From positions 143,966,001 to 144,030,000 of the forward strand of contig CM059432.1 of assembly GCA_030390025.1 (NCBI GenBank): DNA of 64,000 nucleotides, in the 5' to 3' direction. The stretch is from Squalus acanthias (taxonomy: Eukaryota). Of this stretch, positions 10,905 to 22,475 are shown piece by piece; position 1 is the first letter of the stretch, and every line of letters begins with the position of its first letter. The notes beneath the pieces were generated by a model that was not told where the DNA came from, did not search any database, and saw only the letters and a program-made list of their open reading frames with translations. Made by a program: the position numbers and the translations under genes.

Positions 10905-13470
10905 AGGTACTCCCACAGTGCTGTTAGGGAGGGAGTTCCAGGAATTTGACCCAGCGACTATGAAGGAACGGCGGTATACTTCTAAGTCAGGATGGTGTGT
11001 GACTTGGAGGTGGTGGTGTTCCCAGGTGCCTGCTGCCCTTGTCCTTCTAGATGAAAGAGGTCACGGGTTTGGGAGGTGCTGCCGAAGAAGCCTTGGTGAG
11101 TTGCTGCAGTGCATCTTGTAGATGGTACACACTGCAGCCATGGTGGAGTGAGTGAACGTTTAAGGTGGTGGATGGGGTGCCAATCAAGTGGGCTGCTTTG
11201 TCCTGGATGGTGTCGAGCTTCTTGAGTGTTGTTGGAGTTGCACTCATATAGGCAAGTGGAGAGTATTCCATCACACTCCTTACTTGTGCCTTGTAGATGG
11301 TGCAAAGGCTTTGGGGAGTCGGGAGGTGAGACACTCACCGCAGAATACCCAGCCTCTGACCTGCTCTTGTAGCCACAGTATTTATGTGGCTGGTCCAGTT
11401 AAGTTTCTGGTCAATGGTAACCCCCAGGATGTTGATGTTGGGAGATTCGGTGATGGTAATGCCGTTGAATGTCAAGGGGTGGTGGTTAGATGCTCTCTTG
11501 TTGGAGATTGTAACTGCCTGGCACTTGTGTGGCACGAATGTTACCTGCCACTTATCAGCCCAAGCCTGCACGTTGTCCAGGTCTTGCTGCATGCGGGCAT
11601 GGACTGCTTCATTATCTGAGCAGTTGCGAATGGCGCTGAACACTGTGCAGTCATCAGCGAACATCCCCACTTCTGACTTTATGTTGGAGGGAAGGTCATT
11701 GATGAAGCAGCTAAAGATGGTTGGGCCTAGGACACTGCCCTGAGGAACTCCTGCAGCGGTGTCCTGGGGCTGAGGTGATTGGCCTCCAACAACCATAACC
11801 ATCTTCCTTTGTGCTTGGTATGACTCCAGCCAGTGGAGAGTCTTTCCCCTGATTCCCATTGACTTCAATTTTACTAGGGCTCCTTCTTCCCACACTCGGT
11901 CAAATGCTGCCATGATGTCAAGGGCAGTCACTCTCACCTCACTTCTGGAATTCAGCTCTTTGTCCATGTTTGGACCAAGGCTGTAATGAGTTCGGCAGCC
12001 GAGTGATCTTGGCGGAACCCAAGCTGAGCATCAGTGAACAGGTTATTGGTGATTAAGTGCCGCTTGATAGCACTGTCGATGACACCTTCCATCACTTTGC
12101 TGATGATTGAGAGTAGACTGATGGGGCAGTAATTGGCCAGATTGAATTTGTCCTGTTTTTTAGTGGACACGACATACCTGGGCAGTTTTCCACATTGTCA
12201 GATAGATGCCAGTGTTGTAGCTGTACTGGAACAGCTTGGCTAGAGGCACGGCTAGTTCTGGAGCACAAGTCTTCAGCACGATAGCCGGGATATTGTCGGG
12301 GTCCATAGACTTTGCTGTATCCAGTGCGCTCAGCCGTTTCTTGATATCACGTGGAGTGAATCGAATTGACTGAAGATTGGCTTCTGTGATGGCGGGGACC
12401 TCAGAAGGAGCCCGATATGGATCATCCACTCGGCATTTCTGGCTGAAGTAGGTTGCAAACACTTCAGCCTTTGCATTCACGTGCTGGGCTCCACCATCAC
12501 TGAGGATGGGGATATTCATGGAGCCTCCTCCTCCCTTTAGTTGTTTAATGGTCCATCACCATTCACGACTGGATGTGGCAGGACTGCAGAGCTTTGATCT
12601 GATCCGTTGATTGTGGGATCACTTAGCCCTGTCTATAGCATGCTGCTTCCGCTGTTTAGCATGCATGTAGTCCTGTGTTGCAGCTTCCCCAGGTTGGCAC
12701 CTCATTTTTAGGTACGCCTGGTGCTGCTCCTGGCATGCTCTTCCACACTCCTTATTGAACCAGGGTTGGTCCCCTGGCTTGATGGTAATGGTAGATTGAG
12801 GGATATACCGGGCCATGAGGTTACAGATTGTGGTGGACTACAATTCTGCTGCTGCTGATGGCCCACAGCGCCTCATGGATGCCCAGTTTTGAGCTGCTGG
12901 ATCTGCTCTGAATCTATCCCATTTAGCATGGTGGTAGTGCCACACAAGATGGAGGATGTCCTCAGTGTGAAGATGGGACTTCGTCTCCACAATGACTGTG
13001 CGGTGGTCACTGCTACAAATGCTGTCCTGGACAGATGCTTCTGCGACAGGTAGATTGGTGAGAACGAGGTCAAGTAGGTTTTTCCCTCATGTTAGTTCTC
13101 TCACCACCTGCCGCAGGCCCAGACTGGCAGCTATGTCCCTCAGGACTCCGCCAGCTCAGTCAGTTGTGGTGCTACCGAGCCACTTTTGGTGATGGATATT
13201 GAAGTCCCCCACCCAGAGTACATTCTATGCCCTTGCTACGCTCAACATGGAGGAGTACCGATTCATCAGCTGAGGGAGGGCGGTCGGCGGTAAGCAGCAG
13301 GAGGTTTCCTTGCCCATGCTTGGCCTGATGCCATAAGACTTCATGGGGTCCGGAGTCAATGTTAAGGACTCCCAGGGCCACTCCCTCCCAACTGTATACC
13401 ACTGGTGGGTCTGTCCTGCTGGTGGGACAGGACATACCCAGGGATGGTGATGGAGGAGTTTGGGGCAGAA
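10778..13470 (-). mobile_element. Non-LTR retrotransposon (CR1/jockey group, second family), degraded ORF2, inserted in the Harbinger
   Basis: Minus-strand fragments with an APE-like RPPS motif, NYCPISLLS, AFDRVW, GVPQGSVLGP and FADD; 3' tail gggcaataaatgctggcc...A-rich. Confidence 0.88.
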
Positions 13471-13629
13471 AGGTATATCACAGCATCCTCCTGGGCACAA
13501 AGCTGAAATAAGAGACATCACAAAAGATTCCAAACACAATTATTAAATTTATCTATAATCATATCACACATATTTATATTAATACTATTAACTAATTACA
13601 CTTGTGCAATCCCTTAGTTGTCTGCCTTT

Positions 13630-15397
13630 CATGTGCCCTTTCCTGATTTAGTGCTCCTACGCAGTGCTCCCCCAGTGGCTGCAGCACGGCTGGTGGAAGG
13701 CTGTTGAGTTTCTGTGTGGGAGACTTCAGATGGCCTTACAGGACGACCTTGACCAGCTGTGGGCCCAGAAGGCCCGGCTGTAGACTGCACCACCTCGGCA
13801 TGTGTGGCAGCAGTCTGGGCTGGCTAGCTGACGGGCAGCGACAAGGGCAATGGCGGAGTGGCAGTGTTGGGAGTAGGAATGCTGTCATCCTGAGAGAGGA
13901 CAGCAGGTTCCTGCTCCACTGACCCACTGCCATTCCCCCGGGGGTTGGAGCACAGATTGCTGGCCTGCTGCGACACCCTGCAAGCCCCAGTCGATGGTGG
14001 CAAACCCAGCCTCGATGGCAGCAGTCAGAGCTTGGGTGGCCTCAAGCTGAGACTGTACAAGAGCGGTCTGAGCTTCCGCTGTAGCACTAAGACGTTGGGT
14101 CGCTTCCGCCTGTGCTGCAATGGAAGCTGTGACATCGCCCATCATGCGCGCCATCATGTCTGGGTCGCCACGGCCTCTGGGAGTCTACCATCATTTCCAG
14201 ACTGGAAATCCTGGGCTCCATGCACAGGGCTCTGCGCAGAGCAATGTTGGAGGCGGTCTCTTCCAGGCTTCTTGACATTGCCGAGAGGCTCTCTGACAGA
14301 CTTGCCATTGCACCTGTCATTTCCGTCTCTCTGCCCATCACCTTCATCTGAAGGCCTCCCCATCGAGGTGCTCATCTGAGTCCTGTGCAGCAGAATTCAC
14401 GCGCGAACTTGCCCTCCGGGGAGCTGGCCCCCGAGCTTCCCCTTCCCCCTGGCCTTGCTGCAACCCACTCGTGTCCGGTGCCTCACCCTGTGCAGATCCC
14501 GCGACTACACTAGCCTCTAAATTACGCGTACTGCCAGTATCTGAGCTGGTGTCTCCCAGTGAGAGATTCAGTGACGTGGTGTCTTCTTCCTCCTCCTCTT
14601 CTCCTCCCCCCTCGTTCTCTGCAGTGCCCTCGGGGACAGGCTGCTCGGGTGCTTGCTGATTATCTGAAATCCTAAAGGCACAAGAGTTGGGTTATGGTGA
14701 GGGATGGTGCATAGTAACTGAATAGCTTGGAAGTGAGAAGAGATTGTGGGCTGAGGGGGAAGTAGGGTGTGAGAAGAAGGATTAGGAATGAACATACCGT
14801 TGTTGTCCCCAAGGGAGTCAACGTCGCTGGTGGCCACGGCGTTGATGCTGCGGCACTCACTTATATCCAGCACTCGATTCTCCAGCTGACTCAGCTCTTC
14901 AATGTCCGCTCCTGCTCCCGGTGATTCTGTGCCAGTTTGGCCTGCAAGAGAAAGAGAAGTGTTGAGTGAGTTCAGTGGAATGTGTTTGTGAGATGTGCCT
15001 GCCATAGTTGAATAGCTGTCATCGTGTGCAAGGTGTGAGATGTGGGCATGAGTGTTGATAGTAGAGATTGTTGGTAAGTGAGTGCTGGGGGTCTGGTTCA
15101 TTAAGCAGTGTGTGTGGCTTGTGATACAGATGGTGGTATGTAGCATTTGCTGAAGCCTTCACTCACCCTGACCACCCATGTGAGGTCGTTAAACTTCTTT
15201 CTGCACTGGGTGTGGGTCCTGGGGACCACAGTGCTGCCCGTGAAGTGGTTTGCAATCTCCCTCCACATATTTGTGATGAGGGCCTCCTGCCAGTTTGCGA
15301 GTATAGGACCGCCCGCCCCCTCTCCACCGCGAACACCAATGCCTCGAGCTTCATCTGAGAACCTACGGGTTCTCTCCCTCCGCCTCCTGTCTGCCAT
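13630..15397 (-). pseudogene. Harbinger second gene: Myb/SANT-like DNA-binding protein, spliced, frameshifted
   Basis: ATG at 15397; RFSDEA/LEALV...WREIA...RTHTQCRKKFNDL; donor gtgagt after 15167; putative further exons at ~14797-14941 and from ~14665, with a coiled-coil-like C-terminus. Confidence 0.7.
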
Positions 15398-15950
15398 GGC
15401 TGCAATTGATCTCTTAATGTTGGTTGCTTTGTTGTTGGGGCAGCTGCTGACCAACAAGTCTGACAATGAGGTGCTGCAGCATCAATGAACCTCCTCTTTA
15501 AGTAATGGAAAAAGTCTGTGGCAATCACGAGTTGCAATTAGACTGCCCCCGATATTGGTCCAGCTGTTCACTGTAACGCCAATGAGCTTGAGTTTTAAGA
15601 CTAAAATCATGTTAATGAGGAGTGAGCACGAATTTTGCGTGCTACCGAGACCATCTTCAGTTGGTGCAGCTTAACCTTATTTAGTCTAAACATTGCCCAT
15701 TTCTTGGCTAAAATGAATTTCTAGCACTGTTTCCACTTGTGGGAGAATCCAAAACTAGGGGCCATAAATACAAGCTAGTTACTAATAAATCCAATAGGGA
15801 AATAAGGACAAATTTCTTTACTCAGAGAGTGTTTAGAATGTGGAACTTGCTACCACAGGAAGTGATGCGGAGATGCCGGTGTTGGACTGGGGTGGACAAA
15901 AGTGAGAAGTCGCACAACACCAGGTTATAGTCCAACAGTTTTATTTGAAA

Positions 15951-15987
15951 TCACAAGCTTTCGGAGCGCTGCTCCTTCGTCAGGTGA
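15951..15987 (-). ncRNA. Minimal type I hammerhead ribozyme
   Basis: Minus strand reads tcac-CTGACGA-a-ggagc-agc-gctcc-GAAA-gctt-gtga: catalytic core, perfect 5-bp stem II, palindromic stem III, stem I tcac/gtga. Confidence 0.75.
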
Positions 15988-16165
15988 AGTGAAGGAATAC
16001 GAATCGGCAAAGCATATATAGACAGAGAACAATGCCTGTGCAGCGTACAATGCCAGACAATGATAAAAGGCAGTCAGAAAGATTAACTGTAGTCGTCTGA
16101 CATTGTACGCTGCACAGGCATTGTTCTCTGTCTATATATGCTTTGCCGATTCGTATTCCTTCACT

Positions 16166-16203
16166 TCACCTGACGAAGGTGCAGCAGCTCCGAAAGCTTG
16201 TGA
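16166..16203 (+). ncRNA. Second hammerhead copy, stem II mutated
   Basis: tcac-CTGACGA-aggtgcagcagctcc-GAAA-gcttgtga. Confidence 0.55.
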
Positions 16204-16589
16204 TTTCAAATAAAACTGTTGGACTATAACCTGGTGTTGTGCGACTTCTCACTTTTGACCACAGGAAGTGGTTGAGGCAAATAGTTTAGATGCTTTCAAA
16301 AGGAAACTAGACGAGTGCATGAGAGAAAAGGCAATAGAAAGATAGGCTGAAAGGCTGAGATGAGGCAGGTGGAATGGGAGGAGACTGGTGTGGAGTATAA
16401 AGTTCAGTGTAAACGTACGGCGAGTGTGACGTTCAGTGACTTGCACCAAAGGCTGATCTCACTGCGCATCCTGGGTTTGGCTGCAATTCAAGCGAACATT
16501 CAAGCCAACTCCCATCCCGTGTTCGACTTCGCAGTGAGACCGCGGGAAATCGTACCAATCAGCTGTAAAAGTTTGCAACCAAGTTACAT

Positions 16590-16840
16590 GGAATTTGCAG
16601 CACAGAAACAGACCATTCAGCCCAGCTGCTCCATGCTGGTGTTTGTGCTCCACTCGAGCCTCCTCCCACCCCTCTTCATCTCACCCCGTCAGCATATCCT
16701 TCTATTCCTTTCTCCCTCATGTGTTTATCCAGCTTCCCTTTAAATGCATCAATGCTATTCACCTCAATCACTCCCTGTGGTAGCGAGTTCCACATTCTCA
16801 CCACTCTCCGGGTAAAGAAGTTTCTCCTGAATTCCCGATT
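16590..16840 (-). mobile_element. CR1 3' end fragment
   Basis: Minus-strand translation REFRRNFFTRRVVRMWNSLPQGV...AFKGKLDKHM. Confidence 0.75.
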
Positions 16841-17539
16841 GGAAATAAAAATAAATATTGAACAACTCCTCTCAGGAAACCATCTGTTGCAGGTCTCAAA
16901 AGCTTTATTCAAAATGTCCGTTTTCTTCTTTGAGTGCACGAGCCACTATTTTGCAAGTACGGCAAAGCGAGCTGAGTGGGAGCCAGCAATGATGTTGCAA
17001 CAGGGGCCCTTCATCATAACTTCAATCTTTAAAAAAAAATTTTTCAGTCCTCTTCTTAAAATCTGGATGACTTGCCAGGAATCTGGACAAACCTTTGCTT
17101 AAACTTGGAATGTGCAGATCAAATCGGACTGGCTGACAAGTGCAAGCTTTGGGGAATGTGAGTTATGGAGCAGGAGAAAGGAAAAAGGAAAAGAGCAGGA
17201 GATAACTGGGAATGGTCGTCTCGGGATGGAGGGTCACGGAGTCCGACGCTGACCAATGATTTACTGCTCGGTGACGGTTGGTTTTCTCTGTGCACACAGC
17301 ACACTTCTCTTAAAGGCAAAGTAAAAATGAAGTAGGCAATTCAATCTTTTACAACAATGCAAGTTACGAGTGGCCCCGACAACAGATTTTGATTATTAAT
17401 TCTCATTAATGACACACAACTACAGATCAACACCGAAACTTGCAACGCCAATTATTTTGCACACCTTCATTAGACCCCCATACACCCTCGGGGAGCCTCC
17501 ATACACCCTGTATCCCCTTGTATGTTCCTCGTACTTACC

Positions 17540-18295
17540 ATCTGTACACCCAGTATACACTCGTACCCTCTCTGTACGCCCAGTATACACTCATACACCC
17601 AGTATATACTCATACACCCAGTATACACTCGTACACCCTCTCTGTACACCCAGTATACACTCGTACCCTCTCTGTACGCCCAGTATACACTCATACACCC
17701 AGTATATACTCGTACACCCAGTATACACTCGTACACCCAGTATACACTCGTACGCTCTCTGTACACCCAGTATACACTCGTACGCTCTCTGTACACCCAG
17801 TATACACTCGTACGCTCTCTCTACACCCAGTATACACTCGTACGCTCTCTCTACACCCAGTATACACTCGTACGCTCTCTGTACACCCAGTATACACTCG
17901 TACGCTCTCTGTACACCCAGTATACACTCGTACGCTCTCTGTACACCCAGTATACACTCGTACGCTCTCTGTACACCCAGTATACACTCGTACGCCCTCT
18001 GTACACCCAGTATACACTCGTGCGCCCTCTGTACACCCAGTATACACTCGTGCGCCCTCTGTACACCCAGTATACACTCGTACGCCCTCTGTACACCCAG
18101 TATACACTCGTACGCCCTCTGTACACCCAGTATACACTTGTACACCCGGTCTCCGCTCGTACATCCGGTCTCCACTCGTACGCTCTCTGTACGCCCAGTG
18201 TATACTCATACACCATCTATACACACCGTCTCCACTTGTACGCACAGTCTACGCTCATAAGCCCTCTGTACGCCCGGTCTCCATTTGTACGTCCT
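17540..18295. repeat. Minisatellite with 30-bp core unit gtacacccagtatacactcgtacgctctct
   Basis: Near-perfect 30-bp copies at ~17730-18140, with shorter variant units at the edges. Confidence 0.95.
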
Positions 18296-19109
18296 TTGTA
18301 TGACCTCTGTAAAAGGATCTCTAACTCTAAGATGGACTTTAAGGATTTCTCACCTGAGTTAGTGGTTGGAAAGCAACCTGACCTCACACCAATTTGGGGA
18401 TCAGTTAATAATGATTGAAGTGGAATTTCAAGGAACAATTCTAGTTCAGAGCAAGTTTTTTGTTAAGAATGTATATACTTGATCTTGAAAGGAAGTGACT
18501 ACATTTGTCAAGTTTCTGTAAATTTCCCACCTTCATTTTCATGTAGTTTACACTAGTATTTGCTCCTTTATTCTTCCTGTCACCGACTTGCACCTTCAGC
18601 ATAGAGGATGATGGGAGCCAGAAGATCTCTGTCGCCTCTGTCAATGTGACTTGTGATTGGATGAGTGAATTTCTTTCTAACTCCTTGACAAGTTACCTCT
18701 CCTCTGCGGAGATGGATTTTAAGCTGATATCTGAACTCTGTATTGTTCACTTCCTGAAGTAAAGCACAAGTAATTTTTTCCACAGGGCTAACGCTCCATC
18801 TTTCTCTTGGGACTTATTTTTTATTTTGCTGATTCTTATTCCTGTTACACTTTCAAACAGTGGAGGGGGAAGCCCTTTGCTTGCGATCCTAACCCATTGC
18901 CGGTTTCCGCTGGGCGGGTAGAGTTAAAATCAACCGCACTGTAACGGGAACAAAAAGAGACAAAACAAAAAGCTCTTCATTTCTAACATTGTATATTTGT
19001 GAAACACACATTCTCAGTGCTTCTCCGCGTCTTAATAATCGCATTGCAATAAATCAGGATTTTGTTTTTGCCCAGATTACAGGATATTGTCCAATAGGGT
19101 CTAACTCTC

Positions 19110-19694
19110 TGTGGCGCGTGTCTCCCCTCCTGACTCCCCAAAGCCTTTCCAACATCTACAAGGCACAAGTCAGGAGTGTGATGGAATACTCTCCACTTGC
19201 CTGGATGAGTGCAGCTCCAACAATACTCAAGAAGCTCGACACCATCCAGGACAAAGCAGCCCACTTGATTGGCACCCCATCCACCACCTTAAACATTCAC
19301 TCCCTCCACCACCAGCGCACCATGGCTGCAGTATGTACCATCTACAAGATGCACTGCAGCAACTCGCCAAGGCTTCTTCGACAGCACCTCCTAAACCCGC
19401 AACCTCTTCCACCTAGAAGTACAAGGGCAGCAGGCGCATGGGAACACCACCACCTCCAAGTTCCCCTCCAAGTCACACACCATCCTGACTTAGAAGTATA
19501 TCGCCGATCCTTCATTGTCGCTGGGTCAAAATCCTGGAACTCCCTACCTAACAGCACCGTGGGAGTACCTTCCCCACACGGACTGCAGCAGTTCAAGAAG
19601 GCGGCTCACCACCACCTTCTCAAGGGCAATTAGGAATGGGCAATAAATGCTGGCCTTGCCAGCGACGTCCACATCCCATAAACGAAAAAAAAAA
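19110..19694 (+). mobile_element. 5'-truncated LINE 3' end (same family as 10778-13470)
   Basis: [21 protein letters not shown]; ends gggcaataaatgctggcc...poly(A). Confidence 0.85.
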
Positions 19695-20338
19695 ATATTA
19701 CACATATCAAAACTGGCTTCCACTGAATTGCCTTCAGGCCAATCCTGCCAGGACACACACAGGCACTTGTACAATAACATTGATGCACGTGAAACTGGAT
19801 GGCCAAGAAAGTGACTCTAATCACTGCAGATCACATCTGATAAAACCGGTATCCCACATCGGGCAGAACAAACATCCGCTCGAAGGTTTGAGTTATTTGT
19901 AATTCATCAAATGAAATGAAGGCAGCTGTTGGACGAGTAACTTTACGCCAGGACAGCTGTTGTAAAAGTCACATTCAGTTTGTAAGTGAAATCTTTTTCT
20001 GTATCACAGTTATGAAAGTCTATGAGGAAAATTGGTTCAAAGTTTGCAGAACGAGATCAAAAAAATCAGGTACGCCTCTAGATGTCAACTAAGGGAAAGT
20101 GATCGGGACAGGAGGAGGCCATTCAGCCATTCAGCTCCTTTGAGCCTGTTTAACCATTCTATTAGATCACGACCTCAACTCCATTTACCCACCTTTGCTC
20201 CATATCCCTTGATACTCTTACCCAACAAAAATCTATCAATCTCAGTCTTGAAAGCTTCAAATGACCCCCAGCATCCACGGCCTTTTGGGGGAAATGTGGC
20301 CGATGTTTATTCGTGGTGAACAGGGTGATGCATTACTG

Positions 20339-20721
20339 TTGCCAACTCTGGTTGGACGTATTCCTGGAGTTATCGTCACCTGACCCTCCCACCTCCAACC
20401 GCCTCGCCCCCCCCACGCTCCTGCCATTGGTCGCCCGAAATGCCTAACCTCACGGCGCCCCGCCTTCTCACACACATTGGAAAGCCAACAGGCTCTTAAT
20501 TACCTGATTAGATGATGCTTAACTGTCAAATAGCCTTTTTATCCCGCCTCCAATATCTTTATCACTAATCAATGCTCAAAGAACGTGAAAAAAAATCACA
20601 CACAATTTAAACAAAAATTTCCCTATGATTTTTCTCCGTGTTTGTGCTTGTAGCAGTATCCTGGAGATTAAACTTCAATTCCTGGAGACTCCAGGGCAAT
20701 CCTGCAGGGTTGGCAACTCTA
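20339..20721. mobile_element. Probable MITE / non-autonomous DNA transposon
   Basis: Terminal gttgccaac ... gttggcaac inverted motifs. Confidence 0.4.
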
Positions 20722-20881
20722 GGATGCACTTTTTTTTGTTAGGAGCATTAAACTATATTGTGCAGAATGTATTTTTATATCACAACGAGGGAAACGTTAC
20801 TGTCTTGATAGTGTTAGTATAGAGATTGTCACCATGCCTATACCAGAGGGTACAATTCTGATAGGCGAGAATGTTTTCCCC

Positions 20882-21353
20882 AGTTTCAGCTGTGGTTCAG
20901 TGGGTGGCGCTCTCACCTCTGAGTCAGGAGGTGGTGAGTTCAAGTCCCACTCCAGAGACTTGAGCACATAAAGCTAGGCTGACACTCCCAGTGCAGTGCT
21001 GAGGGAGTGCCGCACTGTCGGAGGTGCCGTCTTTCGGATGAGACGTTAAACCGAGGTCCCGTTTGCTCTCTCAGGTGGACGTAAAAGATCTCATGGCAAT
21101 ATTTCGAAGAAGAGCAGGGGAGTTATCCCCGGTGTCCTGGGGCCAATATTTATCCCTCAACCAACATAACAAAAACAGATTATCTGGTCATTGTCACATT
21201 GCTGTTTGTGGGAGCTTGCTGTGCGCAATTGGCTACCGCGTTTTCCACATTACAACAGTGACTACACTTCAAAAAGTGCTTCATTGGCTGTAAAGCGCTT
21301 TGAGACGTCCGGTGGTCGTGAAAGGCGCTATAGAAATGCAAGTCTTTCTTTCT
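20882..21353 (+). mobile_element. DeuSINE (SacSINE1-like), full length
   Basis: tRNA-like A/B-box head (tggttcagtggg...gagttcaagtccc), central conserved domain, tail ggcgctatagaaatgcaagtctttctttc. Confidence 0.85.
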
Positions 21354-21415
21354 TTCCCCGGTATGATCTACCAGGATCATTAAACATCCAGCAATCATAC
21401 CTCATCCCTCCTGCA

Positions 21416-21985
21416 ACCCCCCTCCCCTAACCTTGACACCCCCCCCTCCCCTAACCTTAACACCCCCCCCTCCCCTAACCTTGACACCCCCCCTCCCCTA
21501 ACCTTGACACCCCCCTCCCCTAACCTTGACACCCCCCCCTCCCCTAACCTTGACACCCCCCCTCCCCTAACCTTGACACCCCCCTCCCCTAACCTTGACA
21601 CCCCCCCTCCCCTAACCTTGACACCCCCCCTCCCCTAACCTTGACACCCCCCTCCCCTAACCTTGACACCCCCCCTCCCCTAACCTTGACACCCCCCCCT
21701 CCCCTAACCTTGACACCCCCCCCTCCCCTAACCTTGACACCCCCCCTCCCCTAACCTTGACACCCCCCCTCCCCTAACCTTGACACCCCCCCCCTCCCCT
21801 AACCTTGACACCCCACCCCTCCCCTAACCTTGACACCCCCCCTCCCCTAACCTTGACACCCCCCTCCCCTAACCTTGACACCCCACCCCTCCCCTAACCT
21901 TGACACCCCCCCTCCCCTAACCTTGACACCCCCCCTCCCCTAACCTTGACACCCCCCACCCTCCCCTAACCTTGACACCCCCTCC
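21416..21985. repeat. C-rich minisatellite, unit (c)n-tcccctaaccttgaca of ~22-26 bp
   Basis: More than 20 tandem copies with variable C-run length. Confidence 0.95.
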
Positions 21986-22187
21986 CCACCCCCCCCCCAC
22001 CCCCCTGCAGCCCGCGAATAGACTTCTCGCATGCCCTGTGTGAGATGTTCATCAAGAATCGTCCTGCATGGAAATGAGGGCCTGGAGCAGAATGGAAGGG
22101 TTCCCATTCTCTGGGGTGAGTTCCCGCCCAGGAAAAGTTCTGTCCATTTTCAGTGGGTGTAAAAGCTAAGCTGCATGTCTGTCACAT

Positions 22188-22475
22188 GAGATGTTAAACC
22201 GAGGCTCCATCTGGCTCTCTCAGGTAGATGTAAAAGATCCTGCTGCACTATTTCGAAGAACAGCAGGGGAGTTCTCTGATCAATATTTATCCCTCAACCA
22301 ACATCACTAAAACAGATTATCTGGTCATTATCACATTGCAGTTTGTGGGAACTTGCTTGTGTGCAAATTGCCTGCCGTGTTTTCCACAATACAACAGTGA
22401 CAACGCTTCAAAAGTACTTCATTGGCTTTGGCACGTCCTGAGGTCGTGTAAGGCGCTATAGATTTGCAAATCTTT
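22188..22475 (+). mobile_element. DeuSINE, 5' truncated
   Basis: Matches the body and tail of 20882-21353. Confidence 0.75.

Larger units (their letters stand above)
9133..15727 (+). mobile_element. PIF/Harbinger DNA transposon with two convergent genes, inserted in CR1
   Basis: Imperfect terminal inverted repeats gggctaaagattc / gaatttctagcac; transposase on + and Myb/SANT gene on -; flanking CR1 sequence joins across the element. Confidence 0.85.
15865..16257. mobile_element. Penelope-like element remnant: inverted pseudo-LTR pair
   Basis: ~160-bp inverted arms (15897-16058 and 16095-16257); 13-bp TSD accacaggaagtg at 15852-15864 and 16258-16270; hammerhead cores. Confidence 0.8.
15728..16390 (+). 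mobile_element. CR1 3' end, right part; interrupted by the Penelope-type insert
   Basis: GESKTRGHKYK...NFFTQRV.RMWNLLPQEV, continuing after 16258. Confidence 0.8.

Noticed and set aside
17409..18418. Long ORFs in all six frames
   Set aside because: Produced by a stop-free 30-bp tandem repeat.
20882..20960. tRNA-like A/B boxes
   Set aside because: SINE head, not a tRNA gene; no full cloverleaf.
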